Source: Phoronis australis (Eukaryota; Animalia; Phoronida). From it: a DNA stretch of 64,000 nt. The DNA lies in NCBI GenBank assembly GCA_002633005.1, contig NMRA01000188.1, forward strand, positions 596,377 to 660,376, written 5' to 3'. Both the position numbers and the translations under genes were made by a program. Positions 1-13,400 of the stretch are shown here, piece by piece (position 1 is the first letter of the stretch; every line of letters starts with the position of its first letter). Below the pieces are notes generated by a model. The model did not search any database. It was not told the origin of the DNA and saw only the letters and a program-made list of their open reading frames with translations.

Positions 1-69
1 TAATGAGTCAACAAACAGTAGTCAAAAGATTCTTCAACAGACTCTCCATGCCAAGATGAAAATTATGGC

Positions 70-2859
70 TCCCTCTTATCAGAGAAGACCTACACCAGTT
101 AGGGCGATACATTTCTCAATAATCTCCTTATCACTTCATAAATTTGGCAAGCACAAGATTTTTGCAGCATTTGACCAGTTAAATGCAAGTCACTCATGTG
201 CAATAAATGGTTTTCCTTAAATATTTGAGTAAAATGATCCACAATACATGTATGATAAGATTACTCTATACCATTCCATATTAGCCTCGGAACAATTTTT
301 CATCAAATCATCTCAGTCAAGATCAGCACCGTACCATGAAACTCAGGCTAAAAAGAAACAAAAACTGTACAACTCAAACTTGTGTGTTTCAAAAATTATT
401 TGATATAAACGGTCATAACAATTATATATGCACTGTTTCCCAAAGGACATGGTTAGTCAAAAAGTTACAACATTACTTTCCAAGGCTTTCACTATGGCGC
501 ACAATCAAGTAATTCCATTTTGTCAAATTTCCGTACAGAAATAAAGATTAAGAAAACTTGCATTGTTTGTACAGTGTAGATGTCAGAAAATAACAAACTT
601 GTAAAGACTTCACTATTTGCAGCAAGATTTAGTAAGCCGTAAATATAATTTTGTATTTTGAAAGAATTCGTACTTAGACAGCAAGATACCATTACACCAA
701 CAAGGTGATTCTATTTACGTAACATTACTGATTGATGAGCTGGAAAAATAACATAGAAAATTTTGTTCACTAACACAACTTTGCTTCATGAATTGATAAA
801 TATGTTTACCTTGAGCAAAAACCTTTTTCACTTTTGATCACAAAGACAATCTTTTCATTCCGCATGTAAACAGCAAACTACTTGCTAACAGCTTTTAGTA
901 TTTTTTTAAATAAGTCCCTGACTAGGTTCAATAACCTGACATTGTAATGCCAACATGGACTTACAGATGTAATCCCAACAGTAGGTTTTCTACCTCTAGG
1001 CTCTTGTCAATACAGATTCAAATTTGACATGCTTTTAAAAATAGAAACTGCAAATTCCGATTTTTTGACAAAAAATACAGCTATCCAAACTGAAAATGGC
1101 TTGTTTTTCTTTCAAATCTGAAATTCACAAATTGAAGATTCTCTTTACGGAACTTTTACACCAGTTCAGTCATGAGGAAGGACGTCCAGTAACCCAACAG
1201 ATCTTCCTGGAATTACTTTTTTCACAAACAGTTCCACAACAGGAACAGATCACGACCATTCAACAGCCATTACAAGGCATTTTCAAACAGAAACACTCCA
1301 CCCTCGCAATAATGACAACTTGTCATGACCTCAGATAGAATATTACACAGACAGTCAACACAGGAATAACAGAACATGGGAGTGATGTATGTAGATCCAT
1401 TAAACTTCTAATGGTAATGCTATGATAGATGGTCAATGGCAGGTGTCAAATGAGGTAATACCTCCACAGGCAAGTGCAGGTAACACCAGGACACCNTCCC
1501 TCTTATCAGAGAAGACCTACACCAGTTAGGGCGATACATTTCTCAATAATCTCCTTATCACTTCATAAATTTGGCAAGCACAAGATTTTGCAGCATTTGA
1601 CCAGTTAAATGCAAGTCACTCATGTGCAATAAATGGTTTTCCTTAAATATTTGAGTAAAATAATCCACAATATATGTATGATAAGATCACTCCATATTAG
1701 CCTCGGAACAATTTTTCATCAAATCATCTCAGTCTAGATCAGAACCGTACCATGAAATTCAGGCTAAAAAGAAACAAAAACTGTACAACTCAAACTTGTG
1801 TGTTTCAAAAATTATTTGATATAAACGGTCATAACAATTATATATGCACTGTTTCCCAAAGGACATGGTTAGTCAAAAGTTACAACATTACTTTCCAAGG
1901 TTTTCACTATGGTGCACAATCAAGTAATTCCATTTTGTCAAATTTCCGTACAGAAATAAAGATTAAGAAAACTTGCATTGTTTGTACAGTGTAGATGTCA
2001 TAAAATAACAAACTTATAAAGACTTCCACAATTTGCAGCAAGGTTTAGTAAGCCGGAAATATAATTTTGTATTTTGAAAGAATTATTGTACGTACTTAGA
2101 CAGCAAGATACCATTACACCAACAAGGTGATTCTATTTACGTAACATTACGGATTGATGAGCTGAAAAAATTACATAGAAAACTTTGCTCACAAACACAA
2201 CTTTGCTTCATGAATTGATAAATATGTTTACCTTGAGCAAAAACTTTTTCACTTTTGATCACAAAGACAATCTTTTCATTCCACATGGAAACAGCAAACT
2301 ACTTGCTCACAGCTTTTAGTATTTTTTTAAATAAGTCCCTGACTAGGTTCAATAACCTGACATTGTAATGCCAACATGCACTTACAGATCTGTAATCCCA
2401 ACAATAGGTTTTCTACCTCTAGGCTCTTGTCAATACAGATTCAAATTTGACATGCTTTTAAAAACAGAAACTGCGAATTCGGAAATTCACAAATTGAAGA
2501 TTCTCTTTACGGAACTTTTACACCAGTTCAGTCATGAGGAAGGAAGTCCAGTAACTCAACAGATCTTCGTGGAATTACTTTTTTTTCACAAACAGTTCCA
2601 CAACAGGAACAGATCATGACCATTCAACAGCCATTACAAGGCATTTTCAAACAGAAACACTCCACCCTCGCAATAATGACAACTTGTCATGACCTCAGAT
2701 AGAATATTACACAGACAGTCAACACAGGAATAACAGAACATGGGAATGGTGTATGTAGATCCATTAAACTTCTAATGGTAATGCTATGATAGATGGTCAA
2801 TGGCAGGTGTCAAATGAGGTAATACCTCCACAGGCAAGTGCAGGTAACACCAGGACACC
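70..2859. repeat. Near-identical tandem duplication (70-1495 / 1497-2859) separated by N; likely haplotype/assembly artefact
   Basis: The copies differ by scattered SNPs and small indels, including a ~60-bp block at ~1060-1120 present only in copy 1; the junction is the N at 1496. Confidence 0.85.
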
Positions 2860-2978
2860 TAACTTCACCCAGATGACAGGTATTGATGGAAACTGGAATG
2901 TCAACAATAGACATAATAAAAGCACCTGTTACAAAACCACAAACCTAGAACCAGACTAGGAAACAATTGCAACACATT

Positions 2979-3051
2979 CAAAGCCCAGAGATGCCCAGAG
3001 CCCAAAGCCCAGAGATGCCCTGAACCCCAAACTCAGAGATGCCCAGAGCCC
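2979..3051. repeat. ~24-bp minisatellite, 3 copies (CAAAGCCCAGAGATGCCCAGAGCC)
   Basis: Directly visible; copies 2 and 3 are diverged. Confidence 0.8.
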
Positions 3052-6000
3052 ACTTGCAATTCATGGTAATATATCCAGAGATGTGTTCTCAGACCATTTG
3101 CTAGAACTTTGAAATGGTCAGCCAGAAAGAAGACCTGTACATTGACGAGCAAAGAAAGTTATGCTTGCATCACAAAAGAAAGACCTGTTTACAACGTGAG
3201 TATGGTAAGTATCACCCCATACTTACACCACATGGAAGGTAGCAACAAGTATTTAAATGTTGAAATGGTTGTCTACTTTGTAATTTAAATAAATACAAGA
3301 ATGAAAACATGCAAAAGTCAATAAATGCTTTCAATATCAACATTTTAGAAGATCAACTTCTCCTTTACTGACATAGCTGTTCACAGATATCATTATGCAC
3401 TATAAAAATATTAAATTTGAACAAAAATTGTTAAAATTGTCATTTTTCTATTTCTTAAACATGCGCGTTGCTGAATTTGCTTAAAATTCCAAATCCTGTT
3501 TCGGGAGAGTTCATACCAGTAACATTTGCAAAATTTTCAAGCTTGTCCGACACTTGACTAAGTTCTTATTTTTATAACTGAAAATCAACTAGTACATTTT
3601 ACCATCCTGTTGTATTATAGTAATCATTGCTATGACTTTACATAACAATTGTTTTTCAAAGTTATGTTGCTGCTTCATCACAAAACAATATGTTATTACG
3701 CAAAAAAGGTAACTGTGTCAATGAAAAGAAGATGAAGACTAATAGTTCCTAATCGTTGTCTTTCATTTCACATATTTTTACAAATATTGGTAAAAGCTAT
3801 ATTTCACCATGTGTAGCTCGTAAAAAGTGAAAATCGAATAGGGCCTTTTACTCTCATTCTTTACCGTGATGGGATTCCTTTTCTATTACCAATTCAAGTC
3901 ACAGCCAATGCGTGCATGCGCTATTTTCGGTATTTTCAAATAAGCAATTTTAGCGTTGACAAAACCACTGGAGCATCTTTTTTGAGTCAGTAGTGGACTT
4001 GGTCTTCTTGTTAGTTTGAAAATAGAATCTTATCATGGTAGGGTATATTAATTATGAGATTGATTTCATGAGAGTAAAAAGACAATTTCAATTTTTCCTT
4101 TTCATCCAACTAAACAGGTTGAAATGCAGCAGTAAGAGCCATATGAATTTATAAAGGAGAGTCACAACATCGGCACAATAGAATCAGAGACATCACTGAG
4201 TTTTTGGGACAGTGCTTTCCACAACACAAAATTCAAGCTAGACGGTCATTACAAAATGTTCAGAAATGTGTGTTTATACCTTAAGAAAATGCATATCCTG
4301 TATGTAAACCCTAGGTATCAAAATACTGGAGTGGTGCAAAGATTTCAAAATGTGCTACCTAGCCTGACAAATGACCAAATCGTTGACTTTAAACTCGTTT
4401 ACCACACCCACCATAGGTGAGCAAAGTGGACACAGCAAAATCCAAACTTGTTACTGAGACAAATCAGAGCAGCGAGCTTAAAGGTAAAAATCATACCTAT
4501 TGAGTAACCGTGATAGTGGAAGATTGTAGACGTTTGGATATGAACCTAACACATGTTTGCTATGGATTCATATTTACGGATGTCTAAATCATTATAGATC
4601 ATGATATAGTTAAGTACATAAATCTGAAAAGCCTGTCCATATCTTGTTTCTGACTTAAGTGTACCCACTGTCAACACTTCAAACATTGGACAAATAGGCT
4701 ACCGTCTTCAAAAGCAATGTCCCCATAGCACAACTGGTCGAAACATATTTTAAGCAGCTTTTTGTGGAATTAATGGACATTCAATATAGCAATTTCTTTA
4801 AAAAATTGGACTTGCTCAGGTCAGTAAACATTATAAACTTATCAGTCACTTAGAAGAAAAACCTTTGAATTGTGTATGTACCCGAATTTTGCTTGAATAT
4901 ATAAATAGCCAAATTATAATCAATGTCATTTTCCTCGGTACTTCTAGTTTTAGTTACTGTATGCACCTTAAGTTGTTTATTCTTTGAGTAAATTGCTCAT
5001 TCTATCCAGTAATAGACCACACATGGCATGACGAACTATTTAGACAAAGAAGTGACAAACCCCAACTCGTTGTTAAGTCATGCGTTTAATTAGTTTGATT
5101 CCAAGAGTCTTCGCAGACAATTAAGCATGAGAGAATATTTAGTAATAAAAAGTTTCCCGAAACTAAAAAATGTTCTCAGGGTTTTGTGCCTTTTTTCTTC
5201 TAGCATGTAATCTCTGCCCATCACACAGTTGTTATAGTAGGTATAAGGTGTTTATCCACTAGCACTATATACTATAATAGTCATCCTCAGAAATGTACAT
5301 CAACCTGGAGCTGTTGTGGTTGAACTCCTGAGTCAGGGGTCTCAGTCACATAAATGTGGTCAATGAATATTCTAGGATCTGGTGTAGGTGGGCTATTTCC
5401 AGAATGATAAACAAAACTGTTTTATAATGTTGACTTTTAGCATCAAGGGAGCAGTGTGCTAGGGTGAAAATAACTAACCCTATAAACAGGATAATTTCCC
5501 TAACCCGAATTCAACCTGAATTCGCGTACACATCCATTAGTTAAGAAATGAACTCACAATAACCTTAGAAACCTAATCTTCCCTACTTGAAAAACTTAGG
5601 CTGCACTCATGAAGCATATTAAGATAAATGTGGGTAAGAGTCACCAACACGGGTCCCGCACTCTGAGAACCAGCTTTCTCCACTGAATAGGCAATAAACT
5701 AGTTTAAAATATCAAGCACCCTGTCAGTGACTATATTGCCCGAATGTGTATGTATTAATAAACACGGCCAAGTTATAAGTACCAACACTAGCATACCTGA
5801 TGGACTTTATTACTTCATTCAGGCTGTGGCACTGTGAAAATGTGACCAAGTGGGACATGATCTGGACTGCCTGGAACTTCACCTAATTAAGTTAGTTTCC
5901 GAACAATGAAGAGGATCACAAGGTATGAGCCCAGGATCATGGCCGATGGCCAAGGGGGGTCTACCAATGGCACACATGTGGGGAAACCTTGGGATGCTCG

Positions 6001-7017
6001 CATAGAAGAGATATGCAGAACTTGACGCCCAGAAGGGTCAGTTTTCACCAGTTACCCAAAGAAAAGATGCCTTTTCTGATGAAATTCCCTACAAAAGGCT
6101 TTACTTTAAGTTTAGAAGCCAGAAACTACATACAAAAGGTTCCATTAAAAAATATATAGAAGGCTTTAAATGCTTTATATTTCTTAACTTTTGCTAGAAA
6201 AAATGAACTTGTTTTAACAAGTCATGTCTCCTGCAGTTTGTACAGTTCTATGAAAAGGTTAGGTTTATAGAATTGGCTAATTTCTGTCTACTCCACACTG
6301 CAGTCTGAATCTCAGCATTTTTAATGAAATTATTAACTTACTACGATCTAATAATTCACAAAAAATAACCAAAACTAAGAACACGATACTCCTCCCTTCA
6401 GGACAAAAGTGTAACATTGTGATGGACCGCATTCCACGTCGCCGATTTTAATTCTGGTGAGAACACTGAAATGGATCCCTTTTTGAGGTCCTCTTTCTAA
6501 AAGGGTAAACATCTTAATAACACCCCCACCCCTCCCACCATGAAGAATATAGTTGAATATAGCAGAGTACCTTCCCTGTGAGAATTCCTGTTTTTGAGTT
6601 TCGACAAAACGGTAATCCGGCAGGCGGTACGACCACCTGGTCCCCTCTATAAGCGTGAGCAAGTTCCAGTAATGAATACTCAGAAACAGTGCCGTAATTC
6701 ACTGTCATTCAGTTGGCCCGCTACCACCAGTGCAATATGATGTTATATCTCCTGGCGCGCACAGTGTTAAAAATTGCCAGTTATCTATTCGGGCAACTCA
6801 CCGAAGGACTACCCGAAAAAAAGTTTGAGTATTTGTTTGGAAGGAATTAAAGACATCGGCGGCCTAAGGTGTCCCTCTTTGCACAAAAGGTACTTACAAC
6901 AATGTGACTATGTTTTAATCAGTATGAGGCATAATTTGCCTAAAAGCTTCTGGCATATGAAGCTCCTATAAAATAACTATGATAACTGAGCTTCACCGTT
7001 TTTACTGAGGCCAGCTA

Positions 7018-7182
7018 GAGACGGTGTCTGTGTCCATCAAGGCACTGGCCGGATAAAGCAGTCTCGGGTTTAGAGAACCAGGCAGTCACTAAATAATGGG
7101 ACCATTACTTAGTGGATGAAACTGGTTCTCTAAATCAGGGACCGCTATCCTGTGGCCACTGTCTATCGAGTATCGAGACCGT
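7018..7182. repeat. Imperfect palindrome / MITE remnant
   Basis: TTTAGAGAACCAG..CACTAAATAATGG / CCATTACTTAGTG..CTGGTTCTCTAAA centred at ~7101. Confidence 0.7.
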
Positions 7183-10100
7183 GGCTGTCTACCGTTCACA
7201 CAGTCCGACGTGTCAGGGCGACTCAGTATTTATACCAGGACAGACAGGTAGCTTTCAAAAACATTTTCATGGAAATTCAGCATCACATACTCATGATCAC
7301 ACACATAACAATTGGGAATTAAGGGCAGGCGACAAAATTTAGATATCCACACTGAGAAGAACATCTGATTCAGAACTGAAACCGGAAACGTGAACGAATT
7401 GTGTGTTGTCAACTCACCGGTTGGATGAACGAATCCATACTCTGACATGTTGGCGATTTACGATTACTCCATTTCCCCAATAGAAAATTTCTACATTCTA
7501 CTCCATGATCTCTTGATTATCCTAGAATACATTCCCTAATTAACGGATAGGCACTCATCGCATATTGTACATAGTTCACAACCCAATGTAGGACATGCTT
7601 TACAAAGCTTCGCTCATCTCTTCTCTCATTGGTCAGTAGTGACCTAAAAGCGAACTCCACCCAAAGTGTTGTTTAGCAGAAGTTTCTGGCTGTTAAAGCT
7701 GCTCAGGCTAGTTTATTCACGGCATTTCTATTAGCGAGGCATATAACGCAGTCGTTAAAGTATGGGAACTTTTCTGCCGTCAATTCTGTTAACAGATTTC
7801 GCTTAATTTTAGAATAAATATTAGTGTGTCTCTTGAGCACTAGATGGCGAGGTCACACTGCACACGGAAATAAAATGCCCTTCGGCCATCGCTTTGTCGA
7901 TTAATGTCCATAGGACTGTTTCTATACATTTATCATTCGCTTGCAAACAACTGACACATTTGTACTATTTTCTGAAAAGTCGGTTAAGAAATCTACGCAT
8001 TGCTCCATACAAAGTGGGCATTGATCAAAATTTTGCCCTCGCTCAATCGAGCCTGATATCAGTGCATGCGCGCAACTAACTGAAAATGCCTTGTTATTTA
8101 CAAGGGAATCATATAGTCTAATGCAAAACGAGACGTTTTACAACATAAATGTGCACGCTGGACAGTGAAAAGTGGAAAAATTGAAATAACCTACAGGATC
8201 AGTACTCAACTTGAGGAGTGAGGATAGACCGTGAGGGACGGGAATCACAGGCCGGTGCGAGTAAGCCCGGCGCGTGGTAATTACTCAATTACGAAGTAAA
8301 ATAAGTAAAAAATGTGTGCTGTGTCTTTATTTTATTTTGCATTTTGCTAAGGTGGTCTCCAGTCATTATCTGCCCATTCTACTCCGTACAGACACGGATT
8401 TACTGGAAGAATACATTTTTAACGTTTAATTTGCGTTGATGAATCAGTAGGCAAACATATATACATAGGCCTAGTACAAGCCAGACTGACAGAAAATTGA
8501 CCAATCTATCAACAAGAACTTGTGCAATATTTAAATAAGAACTTTTTATTGAACGTAAACACACGCCATCATAACAGCAACCTGTCTAGTTGAAGCTACG
8601 TACGTGTTTTCGCCAGTGAGGTTTAGGCCTACTAGGACCGGAGCAGCCGGGCTAAATAAATCGATTTAAGCTTTTATACTCTCATAAATCCCCCGTGATA
8701 GGATTTCATTTCCGGAACCAACTGAAGTCACTAGTAATTTGCATGGATCATTTCCGAATTCGCATATTTTAGGGTGGGCAACCCCGGTACCTAGCGGTCT
8801 GAAGCGTTTTCAAGTCTTGCGTGAGGCGATGGTCGGGTTTGCGATGGCGTTTCTGTGCTATCACAGAGAGTAAGAAATATGAGATCAATTTTATGAGAGT
8901 AGTAATTTGATTTTTCCCGGCACTGGTTAAACAGGACGAAATATGCTGCTTTAAATAGAAAATAGACGGGATTGGTAAACTCAAAGAATCACGAGATAGC
9001 TACCACGGACAATGTTACAAAAAAGTAAAAGTTAATCCAACTTTTGATTTCTAAGAAAACTAGTTACCGTTATATGAAATGGTAGTAAAATTATTCCTTC
9101 CTCAATTAGTTGATTTCCATTGAGGCTTCAAAAGACCTATCAGTTTGTTATTGCTTGATACCAGGCTCTATGACTGGCTTCAGTGAAAAGGCCAGTCAGT
9201 TTATGTCGAACGTAGTTTCACGAATAACGAACGACGTGAACTGTCAATTCTTAGCAAACCCAGAAGTCTCCTCCGTCTTATTTTGAGTAAGGATCTTGAA
9301 AGGTTGGTCTAAGTCAGTAGCTGGCGGATGGCCTAAGTCAAAAGTTTTTGCGCGGAAAGAGAGGGGGTTATAGCCGATTTAATATTGAGAATGAGTAGAA
9401 GAAATTAAGACATGCGTTGGCCGCTGAGATGGCAGCTGGGCTAGTCAGATGGACGGATGACGGCATTCAGTGTCACAATAAAGGCTCGAAGAGTAGCATA
9501 CGAGGAAAAATGCCTGCACAGTTGTCAATACCAATACTGTGGTACCCTCTTTTAGCTGTGGAGTGTTTTACAAGTAACTTTCGTACACAACACACTCTTA
9601 GTATATGAAGGAGTAGTTGTACATGGGCTGAAACCTTAGCGCCCTCTCTGATTCTGTGGTATTTATAAATAAAAACAACTCAGTCCTAGCATCCGTAGCT
9701 GGCCTGGGCGCTTGGCCAACACTCAGGTGCCGGGGATTTCCGATAAAGTGCGCATTACTAGAAAGCCCGTAAGGGCGCTAGTCGTAAATTGAGAAAGAAA
9801 AATGCCCATAGTGATATTAAGACAACCTCGGGACTGTCATTATTGTCGTCATTATGGTTAAATACTAACATTTAAACGAGCAAAGGGGTACAGTTTACGT
9901 ACACCAAGGGAGTGATGGTCTGCGACAAGAGTTTCTGCGGGAACAACCTTAAGAGTAAACGAATACTTAATGTTTACATGGTAATGAACCAGCATTTACT
10001 CGTCGTGTGATTAGCGTATTTCATTAGGATGCATCACTGAACAGGACGAACAAAGTCCGAAGTTTCCGGAAAAGCGCCCAGGGCAAAAACGACCCGATCG

Positions 10101-10315
10101 TTATTTCCGAAAAAGGGCCTAGCGCGCTTTATTCATGGAAAATCGCGGTGCACTGTTTCCGTGCTAATCACTATTTTGCGTTAAGATTCGTGTCTTATCT
10201 ATCATTCTGATGTCAATAAAGTTTCGCTGTTGACATGAGTTACGACACAGACAAAAATAAAATGCTGAGTCAGGTGTGAAAAATTGTTCCATTCACTTGT
10301 TCGAACTAGCTGCGA

Positions 10316-10479
10316 GTTAGAGCTAAGCTGTGTGCCTCAAGTGAATGATAACTTACAGTTTGAGTCAAGGCGCGAATCCGCAGATCTGGCTAACCGCTAG
10401 TGTTTCTCGCGTCGACTTGTGCAATCACTGAGCTCAGCTGTTAACTTCACTTGAGGCACACAGCTCAGCTCGCAACTCA
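10316..10479. repeat. Inverted repeat / MITE remnant
   Basis: GAGCTAAGCTGTGTGCCTCAAGTGAA ... TTCACTTGAGGCACACAGCTCAGCTC. Confidence 0.7.
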
Positions 10480-13400
10480 TCGTTTGCGACGACCCTTAGC
10501 GGCTCAACATTTCAAAAGCTAGGCCAATCAAAATATGTGTTTTTCTACCTCGGAAAAGAGGAGAGTTGAATTCGGGATGTGGGAACTTGAGTCTGAGTGC
10601 TTTAACAGTTTTATATTTATTTGGTATTTTAAGTTAATTTATCGAGTGCTCTCCGAGTCGGTGAGTTGGCAAGTCGTTTCCTGAAGCAATTGCGCATTTC
10701 TTTAGCACGTATTGCATTGCATTGAACGCCCGAGCTGAAATATAATACTCCACAGTTAGACTTTCCGATACCCGACCACCTTCGGAAATGAGTGTATTAT
10801 TATATATTTTCCCACGGGAAAAATAAAGCAAGCCAGCAGAGGACCCTTCCTCTCAATAAGTGAAGATTCATGCCTTTTCAGCGGAGTGGTTTCAATTGGC
10901 CAAAGATATTTTCAACTGTATACCATCTTCAAGTTTACCGAAGGAGTTTCGCACGTGACGAGAATCTGAGAAAATTATAGGGTTTTAGTACTAGTCGAGA
11001 ACTAATGCATGACAGGTGAGGAAAACAATGTTGGAAATGTGTCAAATTATTAACAAACAACTTCTCTCAACCTGTTCAAAAAGCTACAAAAGTGTGATTT
11101 CTTTTAACAGTTGTCGCTATAACTTGTTTAAGCCCTACAGCCTATGGCACATTCAAAACAATTAAATAACTCCCACTAGGAACATCACACAAAAACAACA
11201 CGTCCAAAAAGTCTAGTGTGACAAGTTAATGACAAAAGCGGAGTCGTACACATTTTTCTTGAACTCAAGAAAACACAAGATTTCGTCTTCCGGGTTGGCT
11301 CTTAGGCCTAGTTGTAAATACTGACGTGTTTACTAAGCCGGTCACTGTTAATGTTCAGAAATGTTGCCTATCAATAATTCCGATGTATTAACAGGTTGAA
11401 CATGAAAAGGTAGTTGTTAAATTATTTTCGACCTCTGTACCTGGCAGTAGATAATCTGTCTGAAAATATCTTCAGTCGCGTGATGTGCTTCTCTACATAT
11501 CTTTCGCTGAGCATGAGTCTCTGGCGCTGCCAAAACGGAGATACCCAATTAAGTTATAAGAACGGCTTCGTCTCAGAACGCCACCAGTGCATGTCTGCCT
11601 TGTCAATAGTCTGCGTAGGGTGGGTCCTTCTCATTTTTAGTAGTTGTACTCAATATATCTGCATGACCTGGCACCAACTCATACTTGACAATAGTGATCG
11701 AGTTAACACGTATGAGCCGGCATAGCTCTATTAGTTCCGCCTCCGATATCACGGTGTGGTGGGATGCGCACGTCATACCCGAGACCGAGAAGTTGGCAAT
11801 ATTTCCGTTAGAGTCTGATCAAGCAAGAAAGTATTGTCCGTAAGAAGTATATGTTTAGGAAAATAGGTACAAGGAAAGAAACATAGAACTAAACATCTTG
11901 TATTTTATGAAAGAAGACGACTTTAATTTCAAAATGCACCGCGGATGCAGGCCATGATTGACAAATGAAGACTCCAAAGAGGGCCATTAACTAAATAGAA
12001 ACCGACCGAGATACCTATACACCCGTCCTCTAACAAAAAATAAATTCTGACCTCATACCCCCACGAAACTGGTTTCAAATTGTTTCTTAGTCTAACTGGA
12101 GATGATTTCACAGCTCTCAATGCACTAACTGATCGTTACTGGACAATTCGACCAGGCCCTTTAAGTTGTCTTGTCATGACTTGTCACTTCGGCTCCAAGT
12201 ATGGTTTTTAAACAATAACGAACTGCCACTTCCTTGAGTACGGAATAAATTGAGACCAAGTTGAAATTGACTGTCCAATTCTTTAACGGAACGCATGGTT
12301 TATAGCCAAAGAATGCGACTGAAGCCAAATCACCTAGACCAAGACGGCTAGGGATATCACAACCAGGTACTGTGACAATTAAATTGCATTAATTTATTGA
12401 GCACACGATTCTGACATATAAAAACGCTCTTTGAAGATTAGGCCACATAAGAAACGACATAAACAATAAAAATACTCATAGCAAAATTAGCATGGCGTGA
12501 AAAGGTAAACATTACCATAACAAGTGATATTCTGCATGAATTAAGAAAAGTAAAACAACTCTGTTACAAATAATATAGCAGATTTTAAAGTGCTCCTGCA
12601 ATCATTCACCCTTCAATCAATCAATCATCCATGCAGGAGATATAAGACACGCCCATTCTTTGATCACAAACCGGTTGTCACTTTTTCTCATGTACTGAAC
12701 ACTAATGTCAAAGAGTACTTGAAAACAAATCATGGGAAAGTCAGTTTCAAAAAAATAACATTTCAAATGTTACTGGACATAAGTAACACACATAGACATG
12801 CAATATTTAGACTGGTATTAATAATTACTGTTACACCCCTTAATGTTACAAATAAGAATCTGCATTAAAGATTATTGGTATTGAAGAACACCCACACATT
12901 CATTTGAAATCAGAATGACCTCATAAATAGATTATTTAATACACAAATCCTTAAATACAGACACACGTTTCCCGGTCTCACAATGACTTAATAGTCTGAA
13001 ACAGTACACTCCATTTATTGAAAACGACCAATTCCTCAATGCACCATAGAGGTATAAACAAAACATGGGCAAATTTCATGGAAACATGTAGGCATTTGAC
13101 CACAGACCACCAGGAAAAACAGCGAAAACAGAAAGTACCCAGACAAACTACGTGGAAGTTAAAGTATAACATGCTATTTGCTGAACAAATGAAACATAAC
13201 ACCACTATCTCATAATCACCATCAGTCTGTTCAAAATCCAACACACCCTTTGTGTCACATCTGAACTACTACAGACAGTGTTTATAGAGGGTAGGTCCCT
13301 AGAACTAGATCTTTTTGCTTTACAATATGGGACAACCATTTAGATCATAATTTTGCTGTTTATTTTTCATTATTTTGGGCATGCAATACACATGACCATA

